Positions 36,726 to 46,944 of a stretch of DNA of 64,000 nt are shown here, piece after piece. The position numbers and the translations under genes were made by a program. The notes beneath the pieces are model-generated. The model was given only the letters and a program-made list of their open reading frames with translations. It did no database searches and was not told the DNA's origin. Positions within the stretch are counted from its first letter, which is position 1; every line of letters starts with the position of its first letter. Source of the DNA: Podarcis cretensis (Eukaryota); assembly GCA_951804945.1 (NCBI GenBank), contig OX638149.1:114700001-114764000 (forward strand), given 5' to 3'.

Positions 36726-38109
36726 AATCATGCTGTAAGTCTGTCCATATGGGAAGAGGGTGAACAGAATGTTCAAAACTGGTGTAGAGCCAACAGGCAT
36801 GGTATACTCATGGAGAAAATTTGTGAATAGAGGCTCCTTCCTTTATCTTTTCTCATCACCTCTTTGGCTTTTCAAGTACAGTACCTTTTTAGACTATTCA
36901 TATTATCGTGCTTTAGTTCTCTGCACACATGACATAGGGCTATGTGGGAAAGATATGCACACTTAATAATCTATAAACCTTTGTGCCACATAGCATAAGG
37001 AAAAAAACACCCTGGTCTGTATCATCTCTTGCCAATAATCAAGATGTCTTCTTCAACCCCAAGTATAACCTAGAATGTTCAGAATAATCCAGCAGTGCTT
37101 TGAGAATGTCTAAAGGCAATCCAGCATCTCTCATTACAAAAATAATACCCATTAGCATTTAATGTGTTTTTAATTGGTCAAAATAGATTTAATTGTTTAG
37201 CTGATTCTTCAGTGCATAATTAAATATACTTCGGGGAATCGCAATAAAACTGACAGGCTCTCCCTGCCAGCCTTGCAGGCACTTGGGTCTGAGGCTATAA
37301 ATTTCCAGGACTTACTGCTCGATCTGGAGAGGAGATAAGGCACTGCAGATAAATCCCAGAGACCGCCACAAAACTGGAATCAGCTGTCAGAAGCAATGCA
37401 CTCCCAGCCTCGGCAACTCAGAGTAATGCCTTTTGGTTTCTGGTGCACAGTCATGAATTATTTCTGCTGCATTGCTCTGTCATCTTTTGCACACAGCGAG
37501 GACTGAGCAGATTCTTGTGGGTACATAACAGTAGGCCTGCATCTGTGATGAAGGTCCCCGGGGATCCTCTGCAAGTACGCCACGAACTCAAACACATGGT
37601 GCTAGTCCTGGGGGCAGTCGGAAGCTTGCTGCATTAACCGGGGAAGGAGGAAGTTGCTCAAATAAAAATTAAGTGCTGACTTGGTATCTGTAAAGTACTG
37701 CAGCTACTAATTGCCAAGCACTAGATAAAATCACTAACTCTGCCTCTGCAGCGGCACATTATATAGCTCGGGTAGTAAAACAGTTACTCTCCCTCTTTCT
37801 CACTTTTAAATCACATTTATCTACTCAAGCAGAATTTTAAAAAGGGAGGCATGAGTTGTTTATGAAGAATCCTAAAGCTAACAGGATTTTGCATATAATC
37901 TACCAATCCCTTTGAACAGGACCAGATGCAAGGGTATATAATTTAATAGGCAGAGTATTCCCCTCCCTTCACTTTGCACAGCAGTAGCTAGTGTGTATTT
38001 AATCTGTGCATATTCACCTGCCACATTAAGAGGCTGGAAGCACCTTTTGCCGTACCAGTCACAGTGTCACCCTCCCCCAGCTAGCAAGTACTAAGAGGTG
38101 TGATAGAAC

Positions 38110-38990
38110 AAAGTCAAACCAACAACGATCTGTATGAAAAATGGCCACAACTTGATTGGTTACAGGTGTAGGTGGTATTTTGGCTCAGGCATTGGGTGTA
38201 CATCAAGTCTAGCCTCCTGCCTGAAACTGCATCAGGGTCGTGCCAAGGAATGTGGGCCTTTCCCAAGATGTCAGTCTACCAAGATGGCCATTCTAAGGCC
38301 ACTGCTGGAAGCTCTATGGCCTGTCTGCCCCACACTTGGCCAGAGATTTCCACTGAGACCCCTCTAATGGGGTACCCTGAATCAGCCGCTGGTTCAGGCA
38401 GGTGACACACTGCTTCACTCAAAAGCTTGAAGACTAGGATTCCACCCAATGCCTTAACCACCACATGAGGTGGCTTTTAATTCACCCCACCACCAAACCA
38501 CCTACAACTGTGACGAATCAGAGCAGGGCTGGATTTAGGTTTGATGAGGCCCTAGGCTACTGAAGGGAATGAGACCCTTTATATGACCAGCTGTCCTTTG
38601 TCGCTGTTTTTTGTATTGAATATATGCTATATGGTAATTTATGGACCTAACAGGTATCTAAAGCCATTTGCACATAACAGTCCATGCAGAATGTAGGCAC
38701 CCTATATATAGAAATGAGCAAACCAGTGATGTTCCAGGGATCAGGCTAGCAGGCAGGGCCCATTACTTACATCATAGGAGCCTACACAACACAAAACACT
38801 GTTGCTGTATGTAGGTTCATTTTATTTGTTTTTTTATCTTATATTTTGGAAATGTACATCCAGGTTTTTTTTTTCCTTTTAATTTTTTTGCCCCCCCCCC
38901 CCAAGAGAGTTAGGCCTTAAGCTATAGCTTGTTTAGCTTATACATAAATCTGGCACTGAATCAGAGATACCTCTTGTGGGACTTCCCTTG
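38110..38990 (-). mobile_element. Diverged relative of the 33788-34610 element, split by a hAT insertion
   Basis: Same ordered motifs: TGGCCACAACTT, TTGGCTCAGGCATTGGG, GCATCAGGGT, GGATTCCRCCCAA, TGTGACG. Boundaries approximate. Confidence 0.55.
38524..38958. mobile_element. hAT (Tip100-like) non-autonomous element, 435 bp
   Basis: TIR CAGGGCTGGATTTA / TAAATCTGGCACTG. Perfect 8-bp TSD AATCAGAG (38516-38523 / 38959-38966). Confidence 0.9.
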
Positions 38991-39106
38991 CGCAGTAAAT
39001 TTTTCCTCTTTTTTCCTCTTCAGAATATGGCAACCCTAATCTTCACTGTACTCTTCTTTGGCATCTGCTAAAAACATGTTTGTTTGGGCAAACCTATCCA
39101 GACACA

Positions 39107-39455
39107 GGGACACAGGTGGCTGAGCCAAGGGCTTGCCAATCAGGTCAGCAGTTTGAATCCCCGCGATGGGGTGAGCTCCTGTTGCTCGGTCCCAGCTCCT
39201 GCCAACCTAGCAGTTCAAAAGCACGTCAAAGTGCAAGTAGATAAATAGGTACCACTCCTGTGGGAAGGTAAACGGCATTTCTGTCCACTGCTCTGGTTTC
39301 TCCAAAGCGGCTTAGTCATGCTGGCCACATGACCCAGAAAAACTGTCTGCAGACAAATGTCAGCTCCCTTGGCCAGTAAAGCGAGATGAGCGCCGCAACC
39401 CCAGAGTTGTCCGCAAATGGACTTAACTGTCAGGGGTCCTTTACCTTTACCTTTT
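39107..39455 (+). mobile_element. Sauria SINE
   Basis: Family body and (ACCTTT)n tail. TSD TATCCAGACA(C/T)A. Confidence 0.92.
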
Positions 39456-39610
39456 TATCCAGACATAAAGAAGTCATATGTACTGAGACGTTTTTAAATA
39501 CCTGTGTTAACTGTTTTCAAAATCAGTGTTTTATGTTTGATATTTTTGAAAATAGCTTGGAGATTTTCTTAGAATCGAGTGGTACCTAATTTTTCTTAAA
39601 TTATTGGGGG

Positions 39611-39612
<2 letters not shown>

Positions 39613-39652
<40 letters not shown>
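39613..39652. repeat. (GA)n microsatellite
   Basis: Direct reading. Confidence 0.95.
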
Positions 39653-39657
<5 letters not shown>

Positions 39658-41149
39658 AACACTTGTATCCATTCTTCCAAGTTGCCCAGAGAAGCATTTT
39701 ATAGTCATAACAAACCTGTAAGCTAGGCTGAGAGAGCATATTCTGCCCAAAGCTAATTAGGGCACTTCATAGCTATGTAGGTATTTGAACATGGGTATCA
39801 CATAGCAAAGCCTCTGTACCTTACTGGTTTGTATCTTGTTCTGAAACATTCTGTTGTAATGTGCACATCTGCTTAGTTTACCATTTTGTCATTTTTATTA
39901 TTATTAAAATTTATATACCACCCTATACCCACAGGTCTCAGGGCAGTTCACAGGATAAAATCAGAATATAAAACCACAAATATAATAATTATTCATTTGT
40001 CTGACCAATTTTCATTTATCTATACTAAACTTCAAAAATTTTAAGACGAAATAGAGTGTTTGGAAACTGAAATCTGAATTACCCTTCCCACTCCCTTCAA
40101 ATTGTGCTCTGTTCCCTTACAATGCCCCAAAGTGTCAAATATCACAGCTTCACAAAATGCAATGGATTCCTCTCATTTCAGAACGATGAAGACTTATTTC
40201 TGTTCTCAGCGAGTTCATTTCGGAAATAAAGAGAGCATCCAACCCTTGCTCAATCCCCTGTATCCACAACGTTCTCTAGCAACTGGTTTCTGACACCACC
40301 TCCAGCTAACTTACCTTTTGCATTCCAAGGACACAGCTACCTCAAAATGTGGTGGCCCACACATTGCCTCCAGTGTTTACACCAACACAACACATCAAGT
40401 AGAAAGGTAGCCCTGAGAAATGTGCAACCTTATCCACAGTTGAACAAACGGATAGCAACAGAATTTCTAGGACAGAATGGGCAAGATGTGTGGCATTTGC
40501 AAAGTAGTTTCCACATTATCAGTTGCCAGAAACTGATATTTTGTGTGTGTGTGTGTGTGAATGAGAGAGAGAGAGAGACAGATCATTGGCTTAAACAAAA
40601 CCATTGCTTTGTCCTAATGACTATGCAGTTCCACAACATTCAATAAGCACCACTGATGCACTAAATGCTATAGATAATTTTTTGGAAGATACAGCCATAT
40701 TCATATAACCAAACAGAATACACATACAACTCTCTGCCATTGAAGCAATTTTCAATTCACCCAAAGGTCAAATTGTATGTTAGCTATCTACTAACTCAAA
40801 TGCATGTCCATCATAAAAGAATATGAAGCTGCAGAACCAGGTAAAAAACCCTCTCATAACAGCAATGTATTAAGGGTTCCTGCAGCACTAGTCACAAGCA
40901 ACTAGATGGATTTAACAACTAGAGGCCCAGGATGAAAATGCTCAAAAGTTTCCAAAGCCATCATTTGGGATATCTGCTGATACCATAGAAAAATACTCTC
41001 TGTTTATTGTATCTGATAAAGTAGAAAGCTTATGCCATAATAAATGAGTCAACTTATTTGTTTTGTCTAACAGTTATTTGGTCTAACAGAATTCATATTC
41101 TGCTCAATAAAACCTCTAACTGTTTTACAAGAAAAAGAATTACAATTGC

Positions 41150-41600
41150 CGGTAAAATACATAGAGTAGTTACGAAATAATTAAAATCAACAGTTAAACT
41201 AAAAACAGATGGAAACATATGTCTCCTTCAGCATGCCTTCTTGCCTGGATAGGCTTACCTAAACCAAAATGTTTTGGCAGGTGCTAAAAAGTGCACAGTG
41301 AAGGTGTTTGCCTGATGTCAATAGGCAGGGAGTTCCAAAGTATAAGTTTTGCCACACTAAAACATTGATTACATGCAAGTGCAGAACAAATATTATCTGG
41401 CAGATTGAAGCAGTTGAGAGGGTATATATGGGGTGGTAAGGCAATCCCTCAAGTTAACAGGCCATGAGCTGTCAAGGGCTTTATACTAATAGCAACGTCT
41501 TTAACTTATCATAAGTCAGTGTAGATCTCTGAGCATAGGAGCTGTATTCTGACTTCTTGTTCTTTGCTGCAACAGACTAATATGCAACAGACTAACCCCT
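41150..41600 (-). mobile_element. Old L2-like LINE 3' fragment
   Basis: Antisense pattern ...AAAATGTTTTGGCAGGTGC...GGCAGGGAGTTCCAAAGT...GCCACACTAAAA...AAGGGCTTTATA. Similar decayed pieces at ~10870-11165 and ~43000-43170. Confidence 0.5.
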
Positions 41601-41883
41601 CTAGAAGTTATTTCCTGTTTGATTAGCACAGAAGATGAACAACCAAAACTTGTAAATGGTCCAATGTTCAGAAAAAAGAACTTCTCCCCAAGCCCACTCC
41701 ACTTTGAGACATAAAATATAACTTTTGCATTTGTAATACAATGAATTGTGGACAATCTCTGTAGAAACTTAGTAGCTGTGTGTGTGCGCACGCATGTATG
41801 TTAGTACACACACACACAAAGGCATATATATATGCATGTTATCTACTGTATACTCACTGGTGCCCTGACCCAGTGCCTTGACT

Positions 41884-42076
41884 CATGCTCCGGCACCAGG
41901 GGCCAGAGAGCAGGCGAGGGCGGGGCGGGGCGTGCTGCACATCCTGAGGGCATGGCATGCCACCTGCGGGAGCGTGGCGCCCAGTGCAGGCAGGGGGGCA
42001 GCTGCGATGGCACCCCACCGGGATCGCGCTGCTGGGGGCGGTGCGCTCCCCCCACACTCCTCTTCCTCCGCCAGTG
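41884..42076. mobile_element. GC-rich hAT-like element, same terminus family as 45728-46137
   Basis: Right end CTTCCTCCGCCAGTG nearly matches the reverse complement of the TIR at 45728. Flanking 8-mers CCTTGACT / CCTTGACC. Left TIR eroded. Confidence 0.62.
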
Positions 42077-43260
42077 CCTTGACCCAAACGAAAGCAACCA
42101 TTTCAATCATAGCAGCTAGTTATCACATTTTTTAGAAAAAAAAAGAAACCTGACATAAGAGACTGCAGTCTAGCTATTATAATTTTTTAGCAGCAGGGAT
42201 TAATAATGAGTGCCCTCACAGGTTTTTTTTAGTAGGCCCAAGAGTTCAGTGGCAAACATATTTTTTACAATAAAGATTAAGTTAAACAGTACAGCCATGA
42301 AATGAGGGCAGGAAAGGTACAAGGCAGCCACTGTTTTAATCCCACACAAGAGGAGTCATTTGATTGAATACAAATCTAAAACACCCTCAAAGCACATATA
42401 TGTTTACCTATTAAACAATCAGAGTGATCCAAAGCTTGCTATGAACTCAGTGGGATTTACATCTTAGTGATCACATTTGAGATTCCACTGTAATACATTT
42501 TTTTAAAAAATAAAATATTGCCTGACAACATGGTGGCTGTTCATTCTCAGGCAGTGTGTATAAGGATGACACGTGTTTCAAAAACATTTTTTTTTTCATT
42601 CATAAGAAAGTGATTTTAAATCTGCTATAATTTCCATATGAAGCTGCCCCTTCCTTTATACTTCTTAACCTCCTAGAGCCTTTTTTCAATCCTGGGAATG
42701 CTGTACAATACTCTGGGGTCTGTGGGAGGTTTTACTCCCAGCCAAACTTCCAACTTTCCTTTCCGTCACTGGAATCAGCTTTCTTCCCTGAGCAGTTGGT
42801 AATGAGTCTTCTGGCTTCACACCAGTTCAGCCAGGTCAGGGCCAAAGGCTTCACCTGCTCTTAAGTGCAGTGCATTGCCGATGATTGATTGTTTTATGGA
42901 GCACACTGCTAGCTCAAAGGCATCCGAGGGAACAGAGAAAAATCTCAGTACACATTCTAGAACAAAATGAACTATTCAATACAAAACCATTTTTTTAAAA
43001 AAAACATTTATATATATGGCAATAGCAGTTGAACAGATACAGTAACCTTATAAGCCAAGCATCCACAGAACTGCCGCTCAGCCACTACAAAATCATTTTA
43101 AAATGAGAAGATTTTTAACCTGGCAGAATGACATCAGGGAAGTAGCCAGGCGGGTCTCCCTTGGAAGGGAGCCGTCCATATTCCGAAGCATAAGAATAAT
43201 GTTGAAATAGGGCAATCTAGGGTCTCTCTTTTCATTGACAGACTCTTGCCTACACTTAAG

Positions 43261-43310
43261 CAGGAATATTTGCTTACAGGAATATTTGCTACAGGAATAT
43301 TTGCTTACAG
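43261..43310. repeat. 16-bp tandem repeat x3 (CAGGAATATTTGCTTA)
   Basis: Direct reading. Confidence 0.9.
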
Positions 43311-44090
43311 CTGTTTATAGCTGATCGATTATTTATTTACTATACCGCATTAATATATTAAAAAATATGTCTTAAGCATTGTGTACAGGAACCCGAAGCA
43401 ACAACAGACAATTTGAACAAAGTAAGTTGACTTTGGCTTGATTCAGGTGTCACACATTTTATTTATTCATTTTGTCCCTGCTAGCCCAGGTGAGAGATTC
43501 AGATCACATAGATATTTTAGTATGGAAATCTCCATTATCTCAGAGGCATGTTTCACAGCATTTAAAACAAGAAGTAAGGGCTCACCTACACATCTGGTTT
43601 TCCCATTCCTAGAAAGCATGTCCAAGCGGTTTTCTGCTTGTCCCCTGGGTCTGAGTGGTTTTTCATATGTCCCTGAGATAGCCTGTTCTTTACCACCAAA
43701 TCAAAACAAGCATCAGCCCACAGAAGAACCAACTGACATTTGTTCCTATTCAGTGGGGTTTCCTGGGGGAAAGTGCCAGAACAAACGGAAGTGTGGATTA
43801 GCCCTCAGTGTGGAGCCAATGAGATGTCATTAGACTGCAAATCCCTTCAGCCTCAGTACTACGGCCAAAGGCTGTGGATTGTAGGAGCTATAGTTCAACA
43901 TTTCGACTTCACGCACATAGGTGCACTCCTCCATGGTCTGCTGAGACAGACGGATGCCAAAACCATCAGTTCAGTATCCAGAGAGCACCACAGCAGTTAA
44001 CCCTGTTCTGAAATCCTACATGTTGCTGGGTCAACTCAGATTAATGGTGGCCTCAGGTGTTATACTTCCTTGCAAGGATGTACACTCTAA

Positions 44091-44464
44091 GGGACGTGGG
44101 TGGCACTGTGGTCCAAACCACTGAGCATCTTGGGCTTGCCAATCAGAAGGTCAGCGGTGAGAATCCCCGCAACGGGGTGAGCTCCCGTTGCTCTGTCCCA
44201 GCTCCTGCCAACCTAGCAGTTCAAAAGCATACCAGTGCAAGTAGATAAATAGGTACTGCTGCGGCAGGAAGGTAAATGGAGTTTCCATGCACTGGTTTCT
44301 GTCACGGTGTTCTGTGCACAAGAAGCGGTTTAGTCATGTTGGCCACATTACCCGGATAGCTGTCTGTGGACAAACGCTGGCTCTCTCGGCCTGAAAGCGA
44401 GATGAGCGCTAAAACCCCATAGTCGCCTTTGACTAGACTTAACCATCCAGGGATCCTTTACCTT
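44091..44464 (+). mobile_element. Sauria SINE
   Basis: Family head, body and tail. TSD TACACTCT(A/G)A. Confidence 0.92.
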
Positions 44465-45370
44465 TACACTCTGAGGCACCTGAAGGATTCATGTGATGGA
44501 AAAGCACCACGCTATGTGAAACGGTGCTAAGCAGCAAGGTTAATCCAGAGCTTGATGAGTGGGAGGAGAATAGGACAAAGGCGACCACTCCATGCTGCAA
44601 TTTGAATTGAGCCTCCGAAATACTTAGTTTACATTAGAAGGAAGCTATGGCCACTGAAGCAAATCTCCATGCCGTAAAAAAAACACACCTCCTACAGGCC
44701 TCCGCATGAAGCCTTTGCAAGTCTGCAGTTGCCTAGAGATGCATCTGGACCAAGCAGCTCCGAGATAATCAAAATACAAAAGCCACGTAAGAGCCCTTTT
44801 GAAAGTTTGGAGATTAATGGATTGTTGTGGAGAACAGCACTTACTATGCTTGAACTCAAGTAGTCGGTAATTTCCTCTAGGAGAGGAAATAAGTGGACAA
44901 AAGACGTATGATTAATAATTATGCTAATCGAGATTTACTTATACAAATGTACTCTCCCAGCACAGAGGTTTTTCGGCAGAGCAGGGAATTAAGAGCAGAG
45001 CAGGATAAGTTGAGTTTGCATGCAGAAACTGACAGCAAAGAAATCTGTGCATGTTGTTAGTCTACAGTCTATCATGTGGAGGTTGAGAGCATCACTCCAT
45101 GGATAATCTGTATCCTAGGCGATCCCCTGGTACTCTCATCCGTACAGGATAAGGAATCCAGTTTAGAGGCTATTTTTTCAAAACATGGTTGATTTTTCTT
45201 CCCTGAAGCAGCTATTTTAGCTATACTGGCCTGCGCTGATAGATCGGTCCCTGTTCAGACAGGTCCCAGTGCAGATTTTTAAAATAAAAGTTAGCTTGTT
45301 GAGAAGCAATTTCACACACAAAAATAAGCATTATAAACAAGGGTTTGTATATCTATCAAAAGAATAATTT

Positions 45371-45383
45371 TATATATATATAT

Positions 45384-45437
<54 letters not shown>
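45371..45437. repeat. (TA)n microsatellite
   Basis: Direct reading. Confidence 0.95.
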
Positions 45438-45441
<4 letters not shown>

Positions 45442-45727
45442 ACTGGTGACTAGAGACTGTTATGGACTGCATTTTGCTGGAGTAATCTGTTGGCGGGGGG
45501 ACATGTCAGTGGTGGGTAAGACCAGAGCCCAGGGTGAGTGACGCACCTCTGCTTCTCTTTCTGCCACCCCTTCTTCTCACTGATTCCCCATCCTCTCTGC
45601 AACCCTTTCCCTCCTCCTTGCACCATGCAAGAGATTGGGCCAAGGGCAACCCCTAGCATTACAGAATGCAACCTTTTGTTCAATTCCCTGGGCAGCCAGC
45701 ATTCATGACAGTGAGGTTCCATTTGTG

Positions 45728-46137
45728 CAGTGGCGGAGGAAGAGGGACGGGGTGGTGGTTTGCCCCAGGTGCCATCTCTGAGGGGGGTGACAAGAAGGCA
45801 CCCTGTGGGGGGTTTGCGCCGCCGCCAAAAGGCACAGTGGCACGAGTCGCTGCTATCATGCCGCTGCAGTCGTGTGTGGAAGATCCTGTCGTCTGTACGG
45901 TGCATGTGTGGCACTGCCGTACTTAGTGGCACTGCGCATGTGCCGCTGGGCAGTTTGTCCCGCCCCACTGCAGCTGCGAGTGGAGGATCCTGCCACCATC
46001 CATATGGCACATGTGTATGCGCCATCCATAGCGGCGTTGCACATGTGCCACCAGGCAGTTTACCCCACCCTTGTGGGTGGTTCGCCCCGCCCCTTGACAC
46101 GCCGCACCAGGTGCCAGAGAGCCTTCCTTCGCCCCTG
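45728..46137. mobile_element. GC-rich hAT-like element with two diverged ~105-bp internal tandem units
   Basis: TIR CAGTGGCGGAGGAAG / CTTCCTTCGCCCCTG. Units start GTGGAAGATCCTG and GTGGAGGATCCTG. No clear TSD. Confidence 0.65.
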
Positions 46138-46385
46138 CAGGGCAGCTGTTTCCCATAAAGTGCTCTATGACGGAGAACATCAGTTCCTAATGTAGGCCTT
46201 GGGTATGTCTAACAGTTGCACTCAATCTTCTGGAACCTAGGTAAGATCAATGAATTGATCCATTGTGAAGAATTGGCTCTCATGGCTTACCCTACTGGAA
46301 ACAGGCTGAATCGGCTTACAGGCACTTTGCTTTTACTTGCAGTTCTGCATTCTAAGCAGCAGCCTGCAGGCCTGGATTAACCAGC

Positions 46386-46626
46386 AAAAGGTAAAGGACC
46401 CCTGGACGCTTAAGTCCAGTCAAAGGCGACTATGGGGTTGCAGCACTCGTTTCACTTTCAGGCTGAGGGAGCCGGCATTTGTACACAGACAGCTTTCCCG
46501 GGTCATGTGGCCAGCATGACTGAACCACTACTGGTGCACGGAAATGCCGTTAACTTCCCGCCATTAACTTACCTATTTATCTACTTGCACTGGTGTGCTT
46601 TTGAACTGCTAGGTTCACAGAAGCTG
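46386..46626 (-). mobile_element. Sauria SINE, 5'-truncated
   Basis: AAAGGTAAAGG tail. TACCTATTTATCTACTTGCAC body motif. Confidence 0.88.
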
Positions 46627-46694
46627 CATATATATACACACACACATTTAAAAAAACACAAACTAAAAAATAGTAATAATAGAGATTCATGATA

Positions 46695-46944
46695 CAGTCA
46701 TACCTTGGATCTCAAATGCCTTGGCTCCCGAATAAATCGGCTTCTGAACGATCAAAACCCAGAAGTAAGTGTTCCAGTTTTCAAACGATTTTCAAAAGCT
46801 AAACGTCTGGCACAGCTTCTGCAGCTTCTGATTGGCTGCTGGAGCTTCCTGCAGCCAATCAGAAGCTGTGCTTTGGTTTCCAAATGTTTTGGAAGTCAAA
46901 CCGACTTCTGGAACAGATTCCATTCGACTTCCAAGGTACGACTG
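46695..46944. mobile_element. Tigger-like MITE, family C
   Basis: TA|CAGTCATACCTTGGA...TCCAAGGTACGACTG|TA. Internal hairpin CAGCTTCTGATTGGCTGC...GCAGCCAATCAGAAGCTG. Confidence 0.88.

Noticed and set aside
45450-46195. Overlapping 107-216 aa ORFs
   Set aside because: They span a GC-rich non-autonomous DNA element with internal tandem units and show no protein motifs.
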